Shown: one piece after another, positions 1 to 10,338 of the stretch
Layout: every line of letters begins with the position of its first letter
Position numbering within the stretch: the stretch's first letter is position 1
From: Lama guanicoe
Taxonomy: Eukaryota
Direction of reading: 5' to 3'
Assembly (NCBI GenBank): GCA_013239625.1
Contig: MU053758.1
Span: 3,039,854-3,103,853 of the forward strand
DNA: 64,000 nt
The notes under the pieces: generated by a model
Seen by the model: the letters and a program-made list of their open reading frames with translations, nothing else
What the model was told of the DNA's origin: nothing
Database searches by the model: none
Made by a program: the position numbers and the translations under genes

Positions 1-157
1 AAACTTCTCATAGAGCCTTGGTGCTGGAGGGCAGCTGGGAGGGCCCTGAGGTAGACCCTCCTCCCAGGAGTCGTTATGGGACTGGCCCAAGGTCACCCAG
101 CAACCACACCCTGTTGCCTCTGAGAGGCCTTGAGCGAGGACAGAGACAAGTGCCTAC

Positions 158-283
158 CTGATCGGTTCTGGGCAGGCACGGGGGCCTCTGGCACCTTCAA
201 GGCAAGGCCAAAGGATCCTCGGTATGAAGAACTGTCCCTCACGATGAAAGTCCCTGGTTCTTCCTTCCTCAGCAGCTCAATGG
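158..283 (-). CDS. TNS4: TNS4 coding exon 6 (SH2 domain, N-terminal part); gene continues beyond window start
   Basis: Encodes AIELLRKEEPGTFIVRDSSSYRGSFGLALKVPEAPVPAQNRS(G), the tensin-type SH2 segment with the IVRDS (FLVRES-like) motif; acceptor ttccag| at 284-285, donor |gtaggc at 156-157; 126 nt, phase 1-1. Confidence 0.95.
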
Positions 284-631
284 CTGGAACAATCCTTGGG
301 TCAGAGATAGTTACCACCCTACCCTGACCCCCTCAGTGCATCAGCCCCGTAGGGTCTTCATAGAACAGATGTCACAGAATCACCTTTTGTTCCCAGGAAG
401 TCCCTTCTACTGTCTAACCTCCACCATTCCTGCTGCAGGCATTATTTCCTAGGTCATGGAGGTCCTCAGGACCCCCCTGCCCCGCACCCCCTCCCCACCC
501 TTCCCTGGACGTGCCATCTGCTGGTCCCTCCTCTACATGGACTCAAGGCCCCATCTGCCTGATGCGGGATGCCAGGACCCAGACCTGATTCCTGGGTCAC
601 TCATTCCCTGAAACACAGTGCTTCCTTTTAC

Positions 632-718
632 CTTGTTCTCGGGTGATGCTTGGCTTAAACCAGTATTTGGATGTGTCCATCACAAACTTCATGGTGGGCT
701 GCATGTCCCTGGAGGGAC
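632..718 (-). CDS. TNS4: TNS4 coding exon 5 (start of SH2 region)
   Basis: Encodes GPSRDMQPTMKFVMDTSKYWFKPSITREQ, with the tensin-family DTSKYWFKP signature; pyrimidine tract plus AG at 719-720, donor gtaaaa at 630-631; 87 nt, phase 1-1. Confidence 0.95.
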
Positions 719-2819
719 CTGGAGAGAGACAGAGGAGGGGGATCCTGTAGGCTGGACAGAGGGGAGCTGAGAGACCCTTCCCTCTCCTCTGCCCAGCAGT
801 CGCTTTCAACCCACCCTTCCCTCCCCCTACCCCATTTTATCTCCAATTGCCTAAAGAGGCAAAATCCATCGGAAGAGTCCCAGGGCTTGGTGGGACTAGG
901 ATCTAGGAGTCTCCCCTTGTATCCTTGGTAATAAATCACAAATAGATAAAACCTTGATTTAATGAGAAACAGTTTCTCAGATTGAATATTGCCTGGTAGA
1001 GACTGAAATAAGGCATAACTAAGGGACTCTGAGATGCATCATTTGTTTAATTTCACATTTTCCTCCCCCTTTAATCATCCTATGAGTTACTTGGAGGTAT
1101 ATTCAGTTTGCAAAAGAAAATGAAAGAAAAGGAGAAAGAAAGGAAAACAGTAGATCTGGCAGAAGAACCTGCACCTGGAAGTCAGGAGATGAGACTTTTG
1201 ATTCTGATCTGGGATAACTGTTGCCCTCCTGAAGCCCAGAAGGGACTGAGGGGACTAAAAATCCCTGAGGGTCTTTAATGCTCCAATAGCCTTGAAAATT
1301 AAGATGAATTTTGTTTTGAGACTATTCTGCAGAATTTGATAATATCCTGGAGTATAATTAGTGATCATCTGGGACATCACCAAACCAGGACGGCAGTATC
1401 ACCAGGCTAAGTAAATGTGCTCTTTGAGATGCCAAAACGTCCTTTTTCCTGGGGCCCTAAGGCACAGAGCATCTTGAAAAGGTGTGTTGAGGCCAGTTGA
1501 GAGTAACTCATTATAAGAAATGTACTGCAATCTGCAAACGATTTGTCCTAGGAAAATGATCAGAGCAGCTTCAAAGGCATGCTTGTCACCTCATATTCCC
1601 TTGGTTGCACTGACATGGCTTCCTGAGTGGGAACCAGCAGTGGGCTGGAGTGAGCATTTCACACCCTCCAGGAGTCCCTTGATGTCTGTGGCCAAGTGAG
1701 GGCTGAGAAACCGGAGGTGGGGAAGGGGATGTCTGAGCCACGAGGGAGAAGCGACCCACTGACAGGGTCCTTGGGGCTCAGCTGGGAGCTCTGCTCCTAG
1801 GAGAGCCGCACCCTGGGGGTGCTAAGGCTTCGCCTCCATGTTTACTGCTTTGTTACTGCTTTGGGTTCTGGTTGGCTTTGTTCTTTTTGGACGCCTGTAG
1901 TCACAGACTACGGGAAGGAGGGTGTTTGCTATTTTGTGGTTTTTAGCTGTCTGAACTGGAATGCATTGTCTCCGTTACTCCGTCCTCCCCCTGTCTGTGT
2001 TCGTCATTCACGAACGTCAGCATTAGGGCTGACGCTCCCTCTCCCGCTCTAGGGTTACTCATCAAGCCTGCTGCTTCCATATCCTGAGGGTCTCTTGGCT
2101 CTGTCCCCTCTCCTCCACCCTCTGCCTCACCCTGGTTTGGGCCCCCGTTACAGCCTGTCTGGACCACTTCATGATGAAAACCCAAACAGAACCAAATGAG
2201 AACGGCTCTCCCTGCCAGGCCAGGCCCTGCAATTCATCCTGTTGAACATGTGCCTCTGATCCTCCCCATCACTCTCCTTTTGAGAGTCTCTGATGCTGCC
2301 CTGTTGCCTAATGGGTAAAATCCACTGTTTAGTTTGGTGTTCAGGGTCTTTCACAATCTGGTCCCAAGTTACTCTCAAGGACCTTACCCCGCACCCAACA
2401 CTCCAGTCACTTTCTAAGCATGTCATGTGCTTTCCCACCTTCACAACTATGGACTGGCAGTTCCCTCTGCTGGGAATGCCCTTCCTCTCCTGCTCTGGCC
2501 ACGGGCTTTTGATTCATTTTCCAGATCCAGCGAGGATGTCACTTCCTCTGAGGAGCCTTCCCAGTTCTCCAGACGAAAAGGCTTACTCCTTCCTCAGTGG
2601 CCCCATAAGACTTGGAACATCTCTCTACCTCTGTGTTTATCCTGCTCTACAGTGATTCTTTGGTTTTTGTCTCTCTTTCTAGACTGTGTCCCTACTACTT
2701 AGCACAGTGCTTGCTTCATCAGTGGGTTGACCTGCTGTGGCAGAAACCCACTGGTGCTTTGTTTCTCCCTCTTAGCCAAACCTTAGAACGCATGAGGCAT
2801 TGATTGGTTTACAACTTAC

Positions 2820-3244
2820 CCTCTGGGGATGTGCTGAGAAGAGCATCTGGCAGGGTCTGGCTGTGGCTCCTGGTCGCTGGACAGGCATTGCTGGAGGAAG
2901 TAGTCCCGGATCGGACAAAGTCCTGGTGTCCTGGGGTCCTCAGGGGTGAGGGAGATCCTGGTTCTGGGGAGCCGTTGATCAGCACTATGGGTATGTCCAC
3001 CATGGAGTTGGTGATGGAGGGGGGGCAACTGCTGGCATGTTCCTTGGCCAGTGGTGGGGAGTGGGTTGCTCTGGGCTGGCCCACGCTTGGGGTGGGGTTG
3101 CTGGGGACCCGGAAGTCACTGACTCTGGTATTCAAGGGCACTGGGCCAAGGCTGTGGAGGCTGGAGGAAGAGCTGGCTGGGCTTTCCAGGGATCTAGAAG
3201 ATGACTGATGGCTGGAGATGCTGGAGTGGAGGAGGGACTGGCTG
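2820..3244 (-). CDS. TNS4: TNS4 coding exon 4 (Ser/Pro-rich region)
   Basis: Encodes SQSLLHSSISSHQSSSRSLESP...NSMVDIPIVLINGSPEPG...STSPE; acceptor ttctgcag at 3245-3246, donor gtaagt at 2818-2819; 425 nt, phase 2-1. Confidence 0.95.
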
Positions 3245-3961
3245 CTGCAGAAGAAGGGAGCACCAGACAGGCAGAGTGTTAGGGGGTTGGGGTGACACTT
3301 GGGGGCCAGAGCGAGGCTCTGGAATTTAGTGATCTGGGTGCCTATGGCTTTGGTCAGAGTAGTGTACAGTCCCTGCCCACCCATAGTCCCGAGCAGTGGG
3401 CATGCCCACCTGATCCCCAAGGATGCTGAAGGATGCAGAAGTGTCCCTGCACTGTAAGATCTGTGGTCAGTTAAAGTAGCCAATGGGCCCGCCCCCTGCA
3501 GGTCATTTAGGCTTAGCTGGACTGTATTCCCTCTGCCTTCCCAGCCAGGCAGTTCCGACTGAGTTGTCCCATCAGCTCCCCCATCCCTCTCAAGAGTTCT
3601 GCACATAGGCTGGACCTGTGCTGGACCGTATTCATGGTCCATGTAGAGGGAATTCCCCAGCTGGAGGACGAGAAGGAGGCCAGCTCTGCATCCAGCCAGA
3701 CTTCTCCTTGAGCTCGGAGGGCCCTGCCAATGGGCATGGCTGCAGAATCCCAGTCTCCTTGCCAGGGACTGCTTTGGCACAGTGGATTTGGAATTGGTAT
3801 GGGGGACAGAGGTCCTGTAGATTGGTCTTCCTGGGCAGGATGGGAACGTGTGCGGCTCTACTGTGAGGCCCGCAGAGAACTGGGCTGGGGAGATTGTAAA
3901 TAATGCCCAGGTGGGTTTGCCTCCCTCCTGCTAGGTTTTGCCAGGAATTAAGATGAAGGGG

Positions 3962-4038
3962 GCATCATGCTGTACACCAGAAATCGACACATTGTAACCT
4001 GACTATACTTCAATAAAAGAGGCTGCAAAAATAAAAAA
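3962..4038 (+). mobile_element. Short 5'-truncated L1 3' end
   Basis: gctgtacaccagaaatcgacacattgtaacctgactatacttcaataaaa matches the L1 tail at 48115-48170; flanked by imperfect TSD aagatgaagg/aagataaagg. Confidence 0.7.
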
Positions 4039-4368
4039 GATAAAGGAGGCTTTTCTTTCCTAGATGGTTCACCCCAGACTCCCTAATTCTGTTTACATCC
4101 CTGTGGTTTGAGGTTTAAAAAAAAAAACCTTCCTTGAAATGGGTTGTATGAGGGCTGGAAAAGATACAGGTGGGCCTCATTAATGCAGTGGTTCTTTTTC
4201 CCAAGAAGTAGGTGTAAGTCAAGATTGTTTGTGTATTGAACTGTGTTCTAAATGCTTGAGGAAACCTAGAGATCCAACTGGCTATGATGGCCTGAAAGAG
4301 AACATTCACCCTTATTTTTGGCACATGCCCAGATTTTGCTCAGAAAAGAGCAGGGTTGTGATTTAGGA

Positions 4369-4390
4369 TGTGTGTGTGTGTGTGTGTGTG
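4369..4390. repeat. (TG)n microsatellite
   Basis: Perfect TG run about 40 nt downstream of the exon 3 donor. Confidence 0.95.
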
Positions 4391-4429
4391 GTGCAGGCAC
4401 TGTCAGAAGCTACAGCGGAAGTGACCTAC

Positions 4430-4853
4430 CTTCCGAACACATAGCTGACATCAGACGCAGGGCTGGCTGACAGCACAGAGACCCTGCAGCCCAGCTGTGG
4501 GGTGGGGCCCCCTAGCCCCTTTTCCATGCGTGGGGAAGCCAGCAGTGGGGAGCCCAAGCCATTGAGACCTGAGGCCTTGCTCCCCACGCAAGGGATGGAG
4601 ATGCTGGGAGAGGATGGGGGATGAGAGGGGGGAGCCCCCGAGGTGGGAGAGGGGCGCTGGTGGCCCCTGCCCTGGCTCCCGGAGAAGATGAGGCTCTCGC
4701 TGCTGCTTCGGGTCTCTCGGGGGATGTCTCTGGAAAGGAGGAGGCCACCACTGCGCGGGGAGCCGAAGGGTGTGGTGACAGACGGGCTGGAGCAGCTCTG
4801 GGGACCATCATGGCATCTTGATCTGGTGGAGGTCACTTCAATGTACTTTATAT
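4430..4853 (-). CDS. TNS4: TNS4 coding exon 3
   Basis: Encodes DIKYIEVTSTRSRCHDGPQSCSSP...ASDVSYVFG; acceptor ctccaaag at 4854-4855, donor gtaggt at 4428-4429; 424 nt, phase 1-2. Confidence 0.95.
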
Positions 4854-5454
4854 CTTTGGAGAGAGAAGCAGAGCATTGATGAAAGCCAGGAACCTGGGTT
4901 CACTGAACAGGGGTGCCAGAAGTGTCCTCAAGACCATCTGGTCTCCCCTGTCTGATACAGATGAGGAAACTGAGGCTCAGAGCGGTGAAACTTATTACAT
5001 CAGGATCAGCATTCAGCTCCACCTTCAGGGCCTGGTCCCAGAGTCACCCTTTTTGTGATATGTTCCCTTGAGTGGGGAGAGGCAGTGGAACGAGTGCAGG
5101 CCTGAGAGTCAGTCAGACCTGGGTTTCCGATCTGGCTCTGCCGCTTACTGTCTGAGAGACCTTGGCCAAATGACTTCACCACCTAGAGCCTCAGTTTCCA
5201 CACCTGGAAGATGGGGCGACCATACCCAGCCTCTTGGTGTTCCAGCGAGGATGAACTGAGATGAACAAAGGTGGTGCAGCACCGTGCCTGGCACATAGTA
5301 AGCCCTTTAAAACTGGAAGAGCCTCTCCTTCATGTGTGCTCCACTCCCCAGGTTGAAATGACTGCTTTGTGCAGCGCACTGGTCACGTCTTTGGATGTCT
5401 GTATTACTCAGGCGTGTGAAAGCTGTTTCTGTGTCTGTGCCTGCACTAGAGGAA

Positions 5455-5757
5455 GGGGTTCTCAAGCTTGGCTGCACACTAGAATCACTCAATGAGCTTT
5501 TAAAAGTCCTAAAGCCCGGGCCAATTAGACCAGAACCTCTGGGGATGGGCCCAGGCCTCAGGGTGTCTGTTTCACTCCCTAGGTGTTTCCAAGGTGCCCT
5601 GGGAAGCCCCACTGTGGTTCCTGCCGAGCAGCACTGCTTTACCCAGGAGCTGGGCAGTTGGGCAGAATCTCGGCCAACCCCAGGTCTGCTGAATCAGAAT
5701 CTGCACTTTAGCAAGACCCCTGGGGATCTGGGTGCACTTTAGAGTTTGAGGACTCTG
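5455..5757. mobile_element. MER5-like hAT-Charlie MITE fragments
   Basis: ggttctcaagcttggctgcacactagaatcac and gctgaatcagaatctgcactttagcaagacccc...tttagagtttgaggactctg resemble MER5A/B ends. Confidence 0.6.
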
Positions 5758-6908
5758 CGTTAGAGAGAGAACTCCCCGAGGGCACAGCCTGCAGCCTTGT
5801 TGAGCTGTGGACCAGGGGTGATGGTTCGTAAGCACGCCCCAGGCTGCTGACTCACTCTGATGCTCTGTCCTTTCGCCAGTGGGGACACCTAGAACTCTTG
5901 TTCTGAGACCTTGTTCCTTCCTGGAGTGGGGCACCCTGTGGTTCTCCCCATGGTGAGGATGGGTACCTCACCTCCTTACTTGGGGGAGGGGAGCTGTCCT
6001 CGGTGCTGTTCCAGCGAAGGTGTTGAAAGATGGGGGTTACCAAGTTGCTCCCTTCTGGAGGGCTGTGAGTCCTGCCTCCGGCTTCCCAGGATGGAAACTG
6101 GGACAGAGTCAGCAGGAAACTGCACCCTCCACTCCTATCTGCCAGCCTCCCACCCTTGGGCTCTGGCAATGCACCATCCCCCCACCCAGCATGACTGTGG
6201 AGTCCCTGCCTGTCCCAGCCCGCTCCTGGGTAGGACCTACTGGCCCTGCTCATGGTTACTGCCTCTGTCTGAGCCTGCTTGGGCCCAGGGTGGGGGTGGA
6301 GGATTGCATCAGATACAGGGGGCTGGCAGGCTGACCTGGGCATGCTGTTTCAGGGGCTGGAGGAATAGGCCTGGCTTTGTCAACAACCAAACCTGGATAT
6401 GAGTCCTGGCTTTGCCACTTTCTCACCAGGAGACATCTGGGAACTTTCCTAACTGCTTTGAGCCTCAGTTTCCTCATCTGCAAAGTGGGGATCTAAAGCC
6501 AACCTCCCAAGGTGGCAGTGAGGCTGGAAACACACTGGTAAATGGAACCTGGAGCCTGGCCCACCTGGGCTTCGAGGAGCATCTCCTGCCTGCCTGCTTT
6601 TGAGGGGCAGTATTGGCTGGATGCTGAATACTCTTTGGCTCAGGTGGGGGTCCCACTGCTGAGGGCAAGAGGAGAGTATTTGGCAGAATGGACTGTGGGC
6701 TCTGAAAGAGGAGACTTGGAATGGATTTTTCTGGAAGGTTGGCAAGCATGATTTTTTTTTTTTTAAACAGGACTTTATAGTATTTACGCCCATAATCCTC
6801 TCAAGCCTCAACAGAGCCCTCATGCCCAAGGCCAGGAGGCATTGCTTTTATAGAGGAAGAAACTGAGGCTTGGAGCAATGTGGGGATAGAACTAACATTT
6901 ATTGCACA

Positions 6909-6998
6909 ATTTTTTTTTTAATGGAGGTACTGGGGATTGAACCCAGGACCTCGTGTGTGCCAAGCACACGCTCTACCACTGAGCTATACCCCGCCCCC
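6909..6998 (-). mobile_element. Camelid tRNA-Ala-derived SINE (vic-1-like), short form
   Basis: Reverse strand GGGGTATAGCTCAGTGGTAGAGCG...GGTCCTGGGTTCAATCCCCAGTACCTCC plus A tail; TSD-like tgcacaattt/tgcacagttt. Confidence 0.9.
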
Positions 6999-9197
6999 TG
7001 CACAGTTTTTAATAAAGGCTGGTATTTACTGAGTGCTGGGTGCCAGCACTGCTATAGACATATTACGTGTATGAGCTCATTTAACACTCATGACAACTCG
7101 ATTGGAGTAGGAAACATTAATTCCATGTAACAGGTGAGAAATCAAGGTGAAGAAAGGTAGAGGCACCTACTTCTGCTGCTGTGCTCTGTTTGGGGGGGCC
7201 TCTTCTGAGGGGTGCTCCTTAGGACCCTTTCTCAAGGCCTTGGCCATTAGAAGGTGCTCAGCTGCTTTGGGGAGGATCTCTTGGCCTGGTGAAGCTCTGG
7301 GCTCTGCCCACAGGGTCATCCAAACACCCTCCAAAGGCCTTGTCTGGAGGCCGAGCAGGCAGACAGGAAGGAAAGGAGGCACCCTTCCCTCCTCTGCCCC
7401 CCCGCCCAACGCTGCCCTGAGGTGGATGTGGCCAGGGAGATGGAGGCCCCCACCCCATCACCTCGATGCAATTGCTGTTTACAGGCCCGTAAGGCAAGTC
7501 TGAGCAGTGCCTGGTGGATGCAGACGCCAGCCCCAGGCCAGGTGGGTGGAGAGGGTGCGGCGGTGGGTGGGGGGCGGAGAGATGGTTATTAAACGCCCTT
7601 TACCTGGGATTGGCACACAGCCTTGCCTGGCAGGAATTCTGGAAAATGAGATGTGGGGGCCTATTTCAAAGGCAGGGACGGGTGGCGGAGGGGATAAAGA
7701 AAGGGATATGGTATATGCTTCCCTGTGGGATGGGTACCCCTGTAGCCCCCAGGCTAAGTCTGAAGGAAGGTAAGCAAGAGGCAGAGGCAGGGAGGCTGCG
7801 GGAAGGTTTGCAAGCACTGGGGAGGTGGAGCCTCAGAAGAGGAACTACAGCTGCTTCCAAAAGGATTTATTCCCTGGGGGGCAGGAGACTAGCTCCCAGG
7901 AAGAGAGAAAGGCGGGAGCATGGACTTTGGAGCCCAGAGGCCCAGGCTCTGAGCTGACCTCTCACTCACTAGCTGTGTGGCTGTGGCCATCACTTCCCCT
8001 CGCTGAGCCTCAGTCTTCCCAGCTGTAAGTGAAGTTTCACTCTTTCCTTCCCAGGGTAGACGCTTATATCTACCTTTATGCATCACAAAAATCGATCTCT
8101 GCATTGGCAGAGCTAGATGGCTTCATCGGGACCTTCTGACCACTGCCGCCCCCTGGCGCCCCCTGCTGCCCAGAGTCTGTTAGACACATCCTCAAAACGG
8201 CAGGTTGTGCCTGGGGCATCTGAAAACAGAGACTATTGCCCATCGGTCCCCTGGGGGAAGGGCCCAGTTGTCAACACCCCCACCCCATACATGTGCATGT
8301 TCCACGGAGACTGGTCTCACCCCAGCTGGCCTTGAGTGCGTGGAACCCCTGCCTTGGGGCATTACCATTAGAGCTCTGGGCTTGCCCCTGCCAGTGGTAA
8401 TTAGGCCCAAGCCACCTTCCCTGCAGAGACATGCCCATGACTGGCCTTAAGAAGCCAGAAGACTCTCAAGAGGGGAATGGAGGTGGTTTTCGTAACAGGC
8501 CTGGCAGGCAACGCTCTGAGGGGGGAGCAGAAGGCAGGATGGAGACCAGGAACCTGGCTGCCAGAAGACGTGGTTGCTGGACCCTCCTCCCTCCACCCCA
8601 GAGCCTGAACCCACCCTCGGGCAGCTGATTCTAAACACAGGCTCAATGTTGATTATAAACAGGCACCATTTATCATGACTGACAATGTGCCAGGGTTTGT
8701 GATAAACACCCATACTGTGTGATTGCTTTAAATCCCTGCAACCCCCTGGCGGTAAGAACTCATCTCTCTTTTATGGATGAAGAATCTGAGACACAAAGAA
8801 ATGAAGTTAACAGCTTGTGTAAGGTTTGCCTGACTCCAGTGATGAGGCCAGACTGGCTCCTTACTCAGATCCCTCAACCTCAGTCTTTTCATTTTTAAAG
8901 TGGGGATGAAATAGTCACTGCCTGGAGATGGATTGGGAGGATTAAAGTTTCAATTATTAGGTGCTCAGCACAGTGCCTGGAGAGCACGATAAATGCTCAA
9001 TAAGTAGAAATTCTCCTGGTTCCCATCTTTAATCCAACTGCTCCCCCAACCTGTACTGATTGTTTAAACCCCTAGAGGCCTCAGTCTTCCAGCCTGTCAA
9101 ATGGGGCTGCTGCTCCTTGACCCTCATCCTAGAAGTATACTTGAAACTCTTTGGGAAACTGAAGCCAGATGCAAGGATTTCTAGATGCTCTTGGATG

Positions 9198-9455
9198 TGG
9201 TGGTGTGCTGGAGTTGGCTGGTACCAGCTCATGAAAGCTGATTGTTAAATCTTTAAGACTTTGTCCAGCTGGTGGCTAAACTCAGCCATTACTAAAGATT
9301 AAACTATATAAACTAAACTAAAATAACTTATATTGAAAGCAAAAGTAGTAAATACTCAAAAATTTATCACATTCCGATTATTTTTCTATATTGTACTGTT
9401 ATCTATACTTGGAGTATATCTCTTGTTATTGGTAAGGTGGGTAGAAATACTACTC
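9198..9455 (+). mobile_element. MER63-like hAT (Blackjack) DNA transposon remnant
   Basis: gtggtgtgctggagttggctggtaccagctc...gattgttaaat and an AT-rich body resemble the recalled MER63 consensus. Confidence 0.65.
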
Positions 9456-9805
9456 CTATAAAAATTTTGGGGGGCCAGGTTAGGAGCTAAAGAGAGACAC
9501 CATAGAACAGGGAGGTTCAGGGACCCCACATTTGTTAACCTTATTTATGTGCCTGGCGTTGTATAATATTATTTATATTAGCTTATTTAAATTCTCTGAA
9601 AAATTACATAAAACAACTATCCACCACTTTCCAAATAGAATTGGATCTTGAGGGAAACATACTTCTCCCTTTTATAGATCAAACAGAGGTTAAGCAACTT
9701 GTTTAGGGCTGCACAGCACTTCCCAACAGGACATTGTTCCCTCTATTCTGATGTGATAGAAAAGTCCTTCCTCATGAGGTCTGGCACTGTGTCCCAGCTC
9801 CTTAC

Positions 9806-10244
9806 CTAAGGCTTCAGCTTCCTCCTTCTTCCTCCTCGAGGTAACACTCTGGGTGGGCTCGGCCCAGGGTCCACCAGGCCCTGGAGGGAGCAGCTGGAAG
9901 GTGGGGTCCAGTTCCAGAATCATCTGGTTGAGGCTCTCCAGTGAGAAGTCAATGTAGGAGTCAAGGTCTTCCAGGGCCCCCGAGATCTGCTCCCCAGGGG
10001 ACGGCAGGAGGCACCTGCCTTTGGCTCCAGCCTGTGGCGCCTGCTGGAGGCTGCTAGGGGGCAACTTGCAGGGCGTGGGGGTCATCAGGGCCTGTGTTCC
10101 CCAGCCTTCTGTGGTGTAGTAAGGACACTGGGGTGGCAGGCCAGGGCTGGGTGCTGGGTGCAGGGCCCTCCTGGGTTCCTCACAGGGAGCCAAGCTGACC
10201 GCAGGGCCTCCTGCCAGCAGGGGGCTGGACATCACCTGTGACAT
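9806..10244 (-). CDS. TNS4: TNS4 first coding exon (coding part of exon 2)
   Basis: MSQVMSSPLLAGG...EDLDSYIDFSLESLNQMILELDPTFQLLPP...KKEEAEAL is recognisable as the tensin-4 N-terminus; ATG has A at -3; donor gtaagg at 9804-9805; 439 nt, phase 1. Confidence 0.96.
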
Positions 10245-10338
10245 GCTGGGGGCAGTGACCTGGTGGTTTACCTCTGGCTTCCAACCAGCTTCACTGACAT
10301 CCCAGAGATGTCACTTGCCAACCGGGTGCTCTTGGGAC
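10245..10338 (-). other. TNS4: TNS4 exon 2, 5'UTR portion
   Basis: Strong acceptor ggtttctttcag| with AG at 10339-10340, 94 nt upstream of the ATG. Confidence 0.8.

Noticed and set aside
930..1130. Possible ancient CR1/L3 reverse transcriptase remnant in intron 4
   Set aside because: Resemblance too weak to support by eye; needs an nhmmer search against Dfam
3245..3780. N-terminal extension of the 323-aa ORF
   Set aside because: Intronic read-through upstream of the exon 4 acceptor; similarity to TNS4 starts only at 3244
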